Source of the DNA: Euglena gracilis
Lineage: Eukaryota
NCBI GenBank assembly: GCA_039621445.1
Contig: CP154954.1
Location: 4,826,950 to 4,890,949, forward strand
Direction: 5' to 3'
DNA length: 64,000 nt
This document shows, in pieces, positions 25,603 to 38,450 of this stretch. The notes under the pieces were generated by a model, which saw nothing but the letters and a program-made list of their open reading frames with translations, searched no databases and was not told the origin of the DNA. The position numbers were made by a program, and so were the translations under genes. The first letter of the stretch is position 1; every line of letters begins with the position of its first letter.

Positions 25603-28600
25603 TCAAACGGCGGCCGAAGCTTTCGTTGCGGCCGGCACTGCTTCCGGAGGGGCCTGCGACGAAAACAGCAGCCGGACGTTTGTTGTGTGAGTGGGGGGAG
25701 GGGCTTTTTAGGTGGGCTTTGTCATCATTGGCGTCCCATACCCACTGCTTTCGGGTTGTGTGTTATACCAACCTTTCCGGTTCAGTGCTGGGAATGGAGA
25801 AATTGCTTCTGTTCCACTCGCTACGTTCGATGGGAGACTGGGAGCGTACTTCTGTGGCCGCCCCTTGGTCCACGATATTCCAGACCCCTGGGTTCTGGAC
25901 GTAGAGATGGTTCATGTCGCGGACCACCTTGGTGCGAATGGCTGCGAGGGAGAATGGAAGTTCGTTTTTTTGCACCGCATTTGTTATTAAATAATAAATT
26001 TAAGATATTTGCATTATATATACATATTATGTGACATATTTATAATATTATAATATTCTGTTATTATCACATTATCATAATATTATAGTACTATAATGTT
26101 ATATATTATGTATTATCATAAAAAGTATACACTATAAAAGTATACACATACTAATACATCACTAAAAGTATACACATACATACATTGTACAGTATACATT
26201 AGATTATATATTATGTATTATATCTTACACATTACACAACTAACACGACATATTAATAATTCTTTAATTTAATATATGGTACATACATGTACATAAATTA
26301 CATATTATTTTTATTTGGCAGCAAAGTTCTTAACACCCCCCCGCGGGCCTGGGTCACCAGGGGGGGGGGGGGAGTATGGCGGCACCCAGGTCCGACGTTC
26401 AGGATCTTTCAGTCGATTCCACCCCCCAACCAGGGCAGACACAGACATTTTTAACAAAAAAAAATTGGGGGTCGAAAATTGGTGCTTCCGGAAATACGGA
26501 AGGAGGTGGTGGGGGGGGGGTCGACCCCCCCCCACCCACCACCCTGGCTGTTTGGCCGATTCGCGTTCTGCCCTGCCCCCCACTGCAGCCCCAACTGTGC
26601 CGGATCCGGGCGAAATCCATCGGATTTCCGGAGGATGGGCACTCATTTTTTAGGAACATGGTCAGGCTCGGTCAGTTCAGATCGGCGCGCCAAAAAATTG
26701 GTCCTGTTTAGGGAAAAAAGTCAGGCTGGAAGCTGGGTCCCTGTTTCGGAAGACGTTTGCGTCGCATTTTCATTGGAATGTTACCAAAATTCAGCCCAAA
26801 TTCTGCCTAACTGCACCAGAACGGGGCCTGACTTCTCTGAAAATTCTGAAAAGGGGGCACCGGTCCGAACCCTAACACTATCTCCAATCAATAACCCCAA
26901 CTTTCCCTCGAAGTCGGACCCGGGTGTCGCCATACCCCCCCCCTGGAGATTGTAAATGCCCCCCCAGGGAACGTCAAGAATATTGTATATAATATTATAT
27001 ATACAATATCATATGCAATATCATGCAAAGCGTGTCGACGGACACACAAACAGGGGTGGGCGTATATAATGTGCGTAATAAATGTAACACACACAACATG
27101 TAAAACATATGTTTTACAACATAATGCATACATTTGCCCGGATTTTTAAGTTTACATGAAATTCTATTGTATCAGTGACTCTTCTGAAACCAAGAAGTGG
27201 AAAAAAACCAGCACAATCAGATATTCTTCAAGCCTTCTTCATAACTTGCCACAGGAATGTTCTCTGGAGAAAACAGGGATCGGAAACAGGGAATTTCTTA
27301 AGGACCCCCCCCCAGGGAAGAACGGGGAAGGCCTGGTGGGGGTCGACCCCCCCCCAGGAGGTGGGGGTTGACCCCCCCACCCACCACAGCATTTTCACCA
27401 TTTTTGGGAAAACGGGGAATTTGACCGGGGAAAATTTTTGAGAATTTTTTGAGAAATGATGAATAAAAAATACATGATTTTTGATGGAAAACAAATTTTC
27501 TTCACAAAAAAATCTCAAAAATTGAGGTTTAAAAATTGGTAGTTTTTAGGAGGGGGGTGAAAAAAACGAAGGTCAAAAAAATTTTGGACCAAAATTTGGC
27601 ACAGTCAAATTTTAATGACAATTTTTCTTTTGGATTTTCAATAGAATTTTTTGCTTCAAAAACCTCTCAAATTTCGAAAATTTTGAAAGTGTGAAAAAAT
27701 GGGGGTTTGGGGGTCTTTGGGGGGACTTCCTACATGGGTCCCAAAATGGGTGCAAAATACACCCGGCGCGGAAGGCGCCGGGAAAAATTTTGGGATCCAA
27801 AAACTGGTGCCACCAGAACAACGGGAAGAGGTGGTGGGGGGTCGACCCCCCCACCCACCACCCTGGCTGTCCGGCCGATTCCCGTTCAGCCCTGACCCCT
27901 TCCCTGGGTTCCAGCCGGCCGGCTGGAAAAAGGTGCTAGCTGGAAAAAAGGTGCTGGCTGGCCGCTTGCTGGGACCCCCCCACCCCTGGGAGGTCCCAGC
28001 TTCCGGGGTGGACCCGGCTGGGACCCAAAAAAAAAACCAGCTGAACCGCCAAAATCAGCTGGGATGCATTTTTCAGCTAAATTTTTGAGGTGAAAACCCC
28101 CCAAAAATACAAAAAAAATCCAGCCAGTGCTTTCTCTCTCGCACAAGAAGAGTTGAGGAGGGGGATGGGATAAGCCGCGAGGAAGGGGTGCAAATGGAAG
28201 GCATCGCCCCATACCCTCGTGCATGCCGGCGTAGTCCGTCTGGCGGGAGGCCTGGGTGCTGCGCTGCACCCAGCCGGCGACCCGCAGCATGCCTTGGGCC
28301 TCGCGAATGGTCCCCCGCAGGGCTCAGAGAGGGGGAAAGGGGGCATTTCGTCATGAAAATGTGAAATCTCAACGATCACTCCCCAATGCCACCACTTTCA
28401 ATCCAGACTATTTTTGCCTTCGCTGACAGGTTTCCCTCTGTTCCCACCTGTCATTTCTCTGATTTCCCACCTTCATTTATGGTACAAAAACAAATACATG
28501 AGTTGAATGAAACAGGAGGAAAATGAAAACTGAATACAACGTGCAGTATGGGGTGGACTGAAAACGCACAATGCAAAAAAAAAATGTCGCATTTATTCAA

Positions 28601-31600
28601 AAACGGCCAATTCATGTGATGTTCGAGAGATACGGCCATACAAGCACGCAAATGAAAAAAAGTTCCTGGGGTAATACCAAACAGCTCAGGCCAGTCGCCT
28701 CTGCAGCCCTATCCATCGATGTCCCATCCACTTTGGCCTGCAACGAGAATTTCAAAGAAAGGCGAGGCCAACGGTGCTCCACCCCCCCCCCCGATCTTGT
28801 CCCAACCTTCCAGCCCGGGAATGGGGCAAAATCCGGGGGAGGGTCAATAAATCCATCCCAATAAATCAAATCTCAATAAATCTCCGCCCACCACACCCCA
28901 CGTTTGGGAAAAGGTGGGGGGGGGTACGTTGGGCCCGCAGACCGAAGGTTTCTGGTGTATATTTGCCTTTTTCCACAAAAAAAAAATGTATGCCAAGAGC
29001 AGGGGATGCAGCCGAGAGCCGAGAGCCCGGGGAGGCTAGCTAGCCGGGCACTAGCCGGGGAGGCTAGTGCACGTTGGGGTCAAATGCCCAGCAGGACGGC
29101 CAGGGATGCGTGGGGGTGGAGGGTGGCAAACGACTTCAAGAGGAAGAACACATCCGTGTCATCTCCCTCCGTTCCTTTCCTATGCTGTTAAAATGCTGTT
29201 GTCCCTATGCAGGAACAAAATGCAGGATGCCACAAGGCAGCCAGAGGCGCATCATGGGTTGGGGGTTGGCACCAGAGGTCAAATGCCTCTGTGTCAGGGC
29301 CATAGATAAACTAAGTGGGGCACTCTTTCCCAGGCCCAAACTCACCCACCCACTTTTTTGAAAACCCACCCAACAACACCCCCAGGGGTCAACCACCCAC
29401 CCACCCGCCCACGCAAAATACTGCCAAAATCGGCCGAAAACGCTGAAAAAAATTCCGCCCTGGCCTTTGGCTGGGTAGAAAAACTTGTTTCGTGGTGCAA
29501 CCCTGGGGGGGGGGGGCAGACAGAGGCCCCAACCCACCCACCCACTCTCGAAAAATCCACCCCCCCCCCAGGGGGTGGGGTCACACAGGTGTTAAATTAA
29601 TCTATGGTCCGGGCTTGATGGCCAGGTCGGGTGGCCACCCACCTGGTGGGCCATGATGGACTGCTGCCGCCGGATGACGTTCACCGTCCGGGCGCACTCA
29701 TCGCTCACCTTGGCATACGCCTCCTGGGCGGAGAGCCCCTCCGAGCGCAGCACCTCGTACTGCCGGACAAGCCGTTCCACTGCGAGGGGGGAGAGGGGGG
29801 GAGACCGCATCCACCGAGACACGCCACGGGAAGATGACCCAGGTCCAACGGAGGCACAGTTCAGGGGGTTTGATCGCCTCAATTGGGGTTCATCGCCCCT
29901 TGCACTACCCAGATGTTCCAAATTTGGTCTGGAAAAAAAAACAACCCTGCTGTGAACCAATTGGGAGGGGTCATGGAAGACATTTCCTTCAATGAACACC
30001 ATTTTTTAGGTATAAATGGCCTTAGGGGGGACTCAAAGCCCACACCATGTCGGGGATGATCATCAATGCCCAGCAACCTGTCTTCTGCCAATGGTTTCCC
30101 CCCATTGAACTACCATGCTTCCAGAAAAAAAATTTACATTATTGAATCCTGCCCACCAGTGAAAAACTTGTGTTAAAAATGCCGTTCAGATTTTTTGTGT
30201 TGGTGGGGCGTTGGAAAAAAGCTGAATACTCCCTGTGGCCTTGAATCTATTTAGTTGGACATTCCTCCCACCCTGACGAAAACAGTTCTCTTAAGAGGCC
30301 AACTTCCACAACAGGGAACTCTGTGTTCATTGATTTGGTTTCCATCATCAAAAGGACTTGTTGCGTGGCAACTCACCCATCTGAGACAGGTTTACAACTG
30401 CTCCAGGAGGAGGCGGGGGTGAGCAGACCGGGCTTCTCCATCCAGAAGTTGTTGAAGATGCTGGACCCCAGGGTGCGGAGGTGCGGGTGTTCCTGCAACA
30501 CAAACCCCGGCCGAAAGAGGCAGGGCCCTGCACTGCTGGGTGGCAATTGCCTGACCCATCAGGCTCTGAACGCAGGAATATGTGTGAACGCGAAACGTTC
30601 CATGACCGGCGCATGAGCCAAAATGCAGCAGAGGACACCGGCCCAGATGAGAAGCTGAACTGGGGCATGGCAAGCCAATGAGGACTTCGCCGAGACCCGG
30701 GTCCAACAAAGACTGGACTGAAAGAGGGACGAAAGTTTCACAGGTACCCCCCCCTTGCCCACCAACCGGGTTCCCACAACCCCCGACCAGTGGGGGGTGG
30801 TCATACGCACTCCCTGACATACAACCCCTGACCAGGGGGTGGCCAGTATACAGGGGTCCAATTTGCGGTGGGCAAAGGGGGGGCAATGAGACAGATGAGA
30901 CCCCACACCTTCATCAGCTGTTTGGCGATCGGAGATCGCTTGGCCTGAACCACCCGGGTGGGGTCCTTGTATGACCGGGGAGGCGGAGGCGACACGCGCA
31001 TGGCATAATACCTATGTCAAGGGTGCAGTGTGTCGGGTTCATAGGTGGTTCAAGCGCGGCTCCCAAAGAAAAATGCGATTAAAAAAAATCCGACCTCACT
31101 GCACACAACTTTGCAATTCACAAAACTCAACAAATGTGCACTTTGTCCACTTATCACGAATCCAATTTAGAATTATGAGAATCCAGGGTTCTTGATTAAT
31201 GTATCTAATAATATGTTTTTCTAATAATATTTTTCTGATTCTCATTCCATGGAGAGGATTGATATCGGAGGCTTTCGAGAAAAAAAAATTGCGGAAAATT
31301 GCAGAAAAATTGCGGGAATTGCAGGAAAAGTGCGGAAAAATTGTGGAAAGTGCGATTTTGGGTACTACTACACTTCTACTGGAGGGGACTTCAAAAATTT
31401 CATAAATTTGGTCAATTTTGTGAAAATTTTGAAGTCCCCTCGAGCAGAAGTGCAGTAGTTCCCAAAATCGCACTTTCCACAATTTTTCCGCGCTTTTCCT
31501 GCAAATCCCGCAATTTTTCTGCAACTTTCCGCATTTGTAACGTAGGTGTAAATTTTGAGACATTTTTCACCAACGAAAACGTTCAAAAACATTTTGGGGG

Positions 31601-32847
31601 CATGCTGATTCTGGAATAATGTAATTTCTTGGGTGAAAAACCAAACCCAGAAAAAAATTGCCGGAATTTTTGTTCTCAGGCAAAATCTGGCACAGGATGC
31701 AGAATTTTTATCAGTCAAAATTATTTCCAGCAGAAATTGAGGGAAAACCTAAAAATTGCTATATTTTGTCAAAATTTGTGAAATATGGCAATTTTTGGCA
31801 AATTTGAAACAAAATAACAAAAAAACCACCCGGGTGGCCTGGTGAAACGCTCGAAGAATGGCCAGAACTCACTTCGCGTTCCATTTCAGGTTCATGCGAA
31901 AAATTGCGAAGAAAAAGGAGGGAAATTGCGGGGAAATTGCGGAAAATTGTGGAAATTGCGAAGAATTGCGGAAATTGCGGGAAAATTGTAGAGATCAATT
32001 CTCTCCCTGCTTCCAGAGCTTCAGAGGGGGGTGCGACCATACCATTGCTTAGCGACCCCTGGGGGGGGAGGGGGGGGCACTGTCCATTCTGATAAAACCA
32101 ATCAGTCACTTTTCCCAAAAATCCAGTCAGTCACTTTACCCCCCCCGGGGGGATCGGCCACTCTTGAATGATGAGGAGGAGGCAATTTTTGCCAAATTTT
32201 TGTCAAAGGGAAAATTTGCCAAAAAGTCTCAAAAAATTTCCGGTGCCATCGTCGCCAGGCCAGCCACTTTTCCATTTTCGGGCCTACCCCCCCCCGGGGG
32301 GGGGGGGGTTCTTGGCCAGAAAACCAGTCAGTCACTATGAAAAAACCAGTCAGTCACCCCCCCGGGGGTGGGGGGGTGGGACAGGTGTTAACAATGGTAT
32401 GGGTGCGACCATCCCGGGAAAAAAAGCTCGGCCTGGCCGCCGAGCATTTCCATGGGTGGGTTCATCGGGCAGAGATGGGGTGGCGTAGGGGAGACACACC
32501 ATTCTGGGGGCCGGTAGGACCCGGTGGCGACCAGCTTCTTGAGCTTCCGGTAGTTCTCCCACTGCGACCAGGGCCAGGCCTCTTTTTAAGACCCCCGGGA
32601 GGGGGGGGTCCCCCCACCCACCCAGGGTGGCGCGGGACCCCCGGGGGGGGGGACCCCCCCCAAAATCAGGCCCGTTAAAGGCAATTATCAAAAATTCGCG
32701 CAGAAAAGGTATACCCAGCGCCTCCGGCGCGAGACCCCCCCCCGGCGGGGGGTCCGGACCCACCCATCCCCCGGGGGGGGGGGGGGGCAGGTGACTTAAA
32801 AAAAAGCCTGACCAGGGCCTCGCGGGGACAGCCGGGGTGAGCGGCAT
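25603..32847 (-). CDS. Mitochondrial small-subunit ribosomal protein mS23 (MRPS23/Rsm25)-like; 9 exons
   Basis: Exons 32847-32814, 32569-32500, 31011-30909, 30492-30429, 29779-29643, 28737-28715, 28312-28215, 25941-25850, 25653-25603 splice in frame: MPLTPAVPARPWSQWENYRKLKKLVATGSYRPPEWYYAMRVSPPPP...KQLMKEHPHLRTL...EKPVERLVRQYEVLRSEGLSAQEAYAKVSDEC...ASAAV*. The 'L..G....P.W......PP' N-terminus and the 'V.RQ......GLS..EAY' helix resemble mS23/Rsm25 (recognised from memory, not searched). The last exon is less certain; an unspliced stop exists at 25763. Confidence 0.7.
27313..27894. mobile_element. MITE nested inside another CAGGG-ended element within an mS23 intron
   Basis: CAGGGAAGAACGGGGAAGGCCTGGT...GATTCCCGTTCAGCCCTG; both ends resemble the intron/element 49771-50232. 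Confidence 0.7.
28313..28714 (-). other. Nonconventional intron (mS23-like gene)
   Basis: GGA TAGGGCTGCAGAG...CTCTGAGCCCTG CGGGG; joins TCG AT|G ACC ATT CGC (SMTIR) in frame. Confidence 0.7.
31290..31533. repeat. ~245-bp near-perfect inverted repeat (foldback)
   Basis: TGCGGAAAATTGCAGAAAAATTGCGGG...AGGGGACTTCAAAAATTT pairs with AAAATTTTGAAGTCCCCT...CCCGCAATTTTTCTGCAACTTTCCGCA. Confidence 0.85.
32038..32401. mobile_element. hAT-like MITE (CATACCATTG family)
   Basis: TIR CATACCATTG/CAATGGTATG; perfect TSD GGTGCGAC (32030-32037, 32402-32409); internal CCAGTCAGTCA repeats. Confidence 0.9.
32570..32813 (-). other. Nonconventional intron 1 of the mS23-like gene, coinciding with a hAT-like MITE (32575-32810) plus one TSD-equivalent
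   Basis: Sense strand: exon..GCCCT|GGT CAGGCTTTTTTTTAAGTC...GTCTTAAAAAGAGGCCTG GCCCT|GGT..exon. Perfect 8-bp direct repeat ACCAGGGC at 32567-32574 and 32811-32818. Removal gives in-frame ARPWSQW. Confidence 0.85.
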
Positions 32848-35079
32848 CGGAGGGGCGGGGGCGCCGGCGCGGGCTGAGCACGGGAGACAAAATCCAAGCA
32901 GGGCGGGGCCTCTCAATTTGGCCGCTTGGGACAATCAGGGATCAGCGCTCGGCTCAAAGATCCCCCGGGGGTCCCCTGGCTGAGATCGGCCTCAAGCACC
33001 TATAGCTGACCCCCAGATTTTCGGCCATTTTCGGCCATTTTTGGCCATTATCGGCCATTTTCGGCCATTTTTGGCCATTTTTTTCCTATAGGTGGGGGGT
33101 AAAACTGCCTGAAAATTCTTTCACACCAACAATGCATTTTGATCATTCAGTCAGAGAAACTGGGAGAAAATGCACTCAGCTTGAGCGGCAGAACAAAAGC
33201 AAAACAAAAGCAAGCAAGCATGTGATCGGCCCATAATGTTGAAATATTGACATCAAACGTGCTCACCCAATTGTCCAATGTCTGCATCTTGTCCAACATC
33301 GCATTTTGTCCAGCATCTACATCTTGTCCAATATCTACATCCATTGCATCAGCAACCACTGCATCTTGTCTGGTGTGTGCATCTTGTCCAATACCTGCAT
33401 CTTGCCATTTTCGGCCATTTTCGGCCATTTTCGGCCATTTTCGGGACCCCCACCTATAGAGCCCAAAATTTCATTTTCGGCCATTTTCGGTCATTTTCGG
33501 CCATTTTCGGCCATTTTCGGCCATTTTTACTATAGGTGCTTGATCAGCCTTCTTTTACCAAATCCGGGGGGGGGGGGGGGGGGGGCGGTAACATGTGCTA
33601 TGGGGTGCCCGCCCCAGCGGGCTACCCCTTCCCAGGGGGAGGTCAGTTTTGGGCCCCAGCCCCGGCACACCCACGCCACTTTCCCTTTAAAACGGCTGGG
33701 GGGGTACCAACACCCGACCCCCCACCTGGGGTCGAAAATGCCCTACGCCCTTTGCCTGTCCACACACCCACCCCCTGCAGGGGAGCGACCTTCCCTAAAA
33801 GAGGTTGTCGGGGATTCCACAAGCTGCATCCAGAAAGCTACTAGCAAGGCCCCCTGAGGGGGGGGAGTCTTGAGCGTTCCTCCTCCAGCTGTGGAAATGT
33901 TTTTGACGTGCCTTTTTTGTGTAGAAAATTTAAATTGTTCCTAAAAAAAGCCAAAAAATGCTTTAAAAATGCAAAAAAAGGTCAATTTGGGCAGGTTATT
34001 TGGGGGGGTCAAAATTCCACACACGCACACACGCACACGCACACGTACACGCACACGCACGCACACACGCACACGCACGCACGCACACACACACACAACC
34101 CAAGGGGGGGTTAGTTTTGCTGGAAGAAATGAGCCAGCTTTTTCCAACCTCCAAAAGGCTCACAAGGAGTCAAAGTCAACCAAAATGTACCTCCCCTTGT
34201 TGAAAAGGGAAAGATGGATAAGAACTGGGGGTTGGTGCTCATTTGGCCAAACCATGCACAAGAACCAGGGGTGGTGCTTGGATAAGGGAGGAGCAACCGG
34301 ACACAAAAATGTGCTTGCACAAGAAAAAGGAAAATTACCTTTGAGTTTGTGTGTCTGTTGAAGGACGCAGAGGTTCCTGTAGTATCACAATTTTCGAAAT
34401 TTCTATCACAAACTACAATTGAATCACAGGAAGAAAACCTTTGAAAAGAGGGGTGGGAAACAAGGGGAATGGTTCTTGGACAAGGCAGGCATTTTGGAAA
34501 CATATTCTGGAAGCATTCTTTGTTATGTAGTGTGCACTCTTTGGCACAGAAAAATCCCATCGGAGGGATGTGTTAAAAAGAATTGTGTAGAACGGGAGAC
34601 AGACCGGCAGAGCTGGTTGTGGGAGCCCTTCATTTCTGTGCAATCCCGAGTTGTAAGGGAAAACAGGGGCACTTTCAAAGCAGAACTGTTGTGATGAGAG
34701 GATTGTGGCTTGCCTCTCGGGCCTCGGAGCTGATCCCCCCTGGCCAGAAATCACAACGAACAGAACGGTACGCACTGTGTCGCAACAGACCACTCCATAC
34801 ACTTCGAAACTGAAAGCCAAATCCTTGAACCACTGTTAAGGGGGTCGGGTCAAGAGGGGGGTCAAAGGTCAGGCAGCAGAGAGCTGTGGGACGGCCAACA
34901 CTGCGGGGGGACCGCATTCTGCTGTGGCTTCGGCGGGGGGTCCAGAGGTCAGCGGGCTAATAAGCAGCGCGGGGGGGGGGTGAAAAGAAGGGAGTCTGAG
35001 CCGAACGATTTAGAGGGAAAAAAACAATCCACCAGCCACCGGAAAACTGGAAAATGTGGGGGGGAAATGGAAAGAGGTA

Positions 35080-35208
35080 CCCCCCCCGGGCAATTGTCAG
35101 GCGACATTTGGGCAGCACGGAGGGGGGTGACAATTTCCCGGGGTGACAAATTGGCCGGCACAGCCAGGGGTGACAATTGCCTGGGGCGTCAATTGCCCGG
35201 GGGGGGGG
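35080..35208. mobile_element. Internally deleted TA-flanked MITE of the same family
   Basis: TA-CCCCCCCCGGGCAATTG...CAATTGCCCGGGGGGGGGG-TA, lacking the central part. Confidence 0.8.
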
Positions 35209-38150
35209 TAAAAAAAACAGAATAAAAGCCATTTCAGGATGCCAGCAAGGGGTTGGCCAGGAAAACATTTCCCTCACACAAGACTTCTGCGTTTGCAGCA
35301 ATTTCCACAGCAAAGCACAGCTAAAGGGAGTCAGTTTTGCATACCTACCACCCAACCCTGCAAAGAGACAGGTCGGCAGGTACAAGGGTGGGAGACAGGT
35401 CCCTGTGAACGACAGTTGCCTGGGGGCGACAGATTCCCTGGGGGTACACCCTCAAAAAAAAACACGACACAACAAAACACAGAATGTTCCAAAATCGAAA
35501 AGAACGAAACATAAGAGCGTAAAGCCATGCAATCTCCACCACACTCGCCACCCACAGGGCTTCAGGAAGTCCTATTCTGCCCTGGGGGTGTTGCAGGATC
35601 TCGTTCCGTTCGGCCCCAGGGAGGAGAGTGGCTAGGGGTTGTGCCTCAAGAAGGCAGCGCAGCGACAGGCCCGGTGAGCCTCACCGGCTGACCCGTCCCG
35701 GACTTGCAAGCGTAGCAAAGTGTAGCCCAGCGCGTATCGCCCAGATCCGGAGGACAGGCGGGCGCAGGGCTCACAGGTGGATTCAAATTCTGCAGCTGGA
35801 CCGGGGCTGTGCAAGAACTCACCCACCCAGGGGGGGAGTCCACCCACCATGGCACCGCACCACCCAAGGAAAAATTACTTGGGCGGGGAAAAATTCGTTC
35901 TGCGTCTGAAATACCGAAGTAAAAAGTTGACCTAAAAAATTGGCGCCCCCGGAACTGCAGGAAGGGGTGGGGGGGGGGAGGAGGCAGGACCCCCCACCCA
36001 CCACCCATGGGGGTTCAGGAATTCCCGTGCACCGCTCTTGTATCATCGGCCGGGTAGTTTATATTATTTGGGCATCCAAAATCCAGGGAGGAGGGTATCA
36101 TTTAAGGGGGATTATTATTTGGACATATCTATCAAACTGAAAAATACCCCCTGAAATGCACATTTTTTCATAATTTCTGAGTTTTGCATATTTCTTTACC
36201 TTTATTTCAGGTTGATACGGCCTCAATTTTTTGGTACCTTTCATATTCGCCAAAATATGCTTTTCAAATCTGCTTCATTGAGGTATTCAAATAAATTTCA
36301 ACAAATAAATTAAATTGGTTAATTATTCAAGTTGAGGTTCTTCACATCCCCCGCCCTGGCTCCTTGGCCCGAGAGACGTTGGCCCCAACAGGGGGGGGGG
36401 GGGGGCACTGCGGGGGGGGGGGGGCATATTTAACTCAACAGCCAAGGCGAGCCAATGAGCCGCCAAGCCAAAATGCCTCAAAATGGGTGATAGGCCAACT
36501 TTGGGGGGGGGGGGCATGAAGCCGGGGCATATTGGCTCCAACAGCCCGGGGGTGGGGGGGAAAGAGCCAGGGGGGCAAAGCCGGGGTGCATTGTTTCGGT
36601 GAATATTTTGGGGGGGGTATATTATTCAGGGGGTCAATCATTTGAAGGGTTAATGGAGGACAGGCCTTTTGCATGAGGGGGCAGCTTGAATGTAAGGGGA
36701 ATGGGCGGGAGAAAGAAGTTCTTGAAAGGAAAAAGAGGGCCACGACACGTCCTTGTTTGAGAGGCTACCATCACGATTTCAAAACAAATGTCACTTGATG
36801 CAGCACAAAGCGAACCTTGAAAAGTGGTGAAAAAAATGTCATATCAATGTATCAATCATATATGTATCAATCAATATCAATGGCGGCCTTATGGTGGATG
36901 AAATGCCTGCCCAAATATGGATGCAGAGTTTCTTTCTTTGACAATTTTTGTTTAAAAAGAGCAAAAAAAATTGCATCGCTTTGAGCCAAAAAAAAACACC
37001 AAAATAATGTTTCTTCAGATCGTTCTTCAGCATCCCATGGCTGGTACATGCAACTGAAAGCAATAAGCATCCCAGCTTCCTCCTGGAGAGGATATAGCTT
37101 TCAGGATATTTTTGGTTTAAAAATATAGTTAAGTCTTTTTGTCTGATAAATGGCTTGAAAAATACCCTTGGCCAATGTTCACTGCCAGATCAGAGCACAC
37201 AGTAAGCATCCACCCCAGGGATTTTCTAAAAGACCCCGGGGGGGGGGGGGGAGGGGGTCCCGCGGTCCTGGACCTGGCTGGTACCCCAAAACACAGGCAA
37301 AAAAAAATCCAAAACTGGCCGGGTTGGCATTAGTCAGCCAATATTGGGAGGGGAAACCCCAAACCCCACTCAAAAATGCCGTTTTGGGCCATTTCCCCCC
37401 AAAACTGTCGGCGGGTTGCACCAAATTGTTTTGGTCCGGCCCGGCTTCGGCGGGCTGCCCGAACTTTATTTCGGCGGACCGCTGGGAGCTGCTGGCTGGA
37501 AAAAAGCTGGACTCCCCCTGGGGGGGGGGGGGGGGCAGGGTGTCCTCCAGCTTAGCTCCTACTCCACCCCATCAGAGGAGAAATCCACATCAAGAACGGT
37601 ATTTTTGTATGAACATAAACTAAAAAAAAAAATCAAATATTTAGTGAGGCACCTCAGCATTTTTTCACCTTTGTCTTTGGATATGAATGGATACTTGAGC
37701 CTCTGCGAAGGCCCTGCTGGGCGCATACAAAGACTACATATGGTGTTTTGTCCCCCTCAATTTTGTTGGTTTCTTTTTAAGTATGCCGAACCATCCATCG
37801 CATTGTAGCCATAGTCGCCAGTTAACATAGCAAAGGTTAGGTATATTTGGGGTGCGGTATTTCACAAAGCTGGCTTCTGTCAAGACAAAAATGTACTCCA
37901 AAAAGTTCAGTTTTTCTCGGGGGGTTTGGTCGATAAAAACACAGGGGAGGAGGGTTATTAACTGATTCTCCTGAACTTTGAACGAGAGTCATTGTTTGGG
38001 TATTTTTTTGGGAGGCTGCACAATAATGCCTGTGAGCTCTGCGGCAAAGCGATACCAATAATAAGTATCGCCTGGGTTAAATGGCATGACGAGGAGGACA
38101 GAAATCACAAGAATGATGTGGTAATTCCAAACAGCAACAAATGCTTGAGT

Positions 38151-38359
38151 CATTGCCATGATCACAGATATCTCAAGAGTATTGAGGTGGTTATCCATTT
38201 GGCCACGCTCTGAAGAATTCAATTCACGTATTTAATTGAATATAATTCACGTAATCATTGCCATGATCACAGATATCTCAAGAGCATTGAGGTGGTTATC
38301 CATTTGGCCACGCTCTGAAGAATTCAATTCACGTATTTAATTGAATATAATTCACGTAT
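38151..38359. repeat. 105-bp tandem duplication
   Basis: CATTGCCATGATCACAGATATCTCAAGAG...AATTCACGTA begins at 38151 and again at 38256. Confidence 0.9.
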
Positions 38360-38450
38360 GGCGTGCGGTGAACGGAATGACATGTGTATGATGTCATGCT
38401 TTGGAGCTTCGGATCAGATCATTCGAAAGATTATTTGCAGAGTCTTTTAC

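Noticed and set aside
33147-33428. Repetitive ORF (DAGIGQDA...)
   Set aside because: Degenerate GCATCTTGTCCA tandem repeat within an inverted-repeat element; no evidence it is coding.
37139-37200. 'WLEKYPW' resembling a hAT TTF-type zinc finger
   Set aside because: No following CxxC or further transposase sequence; too short to support.
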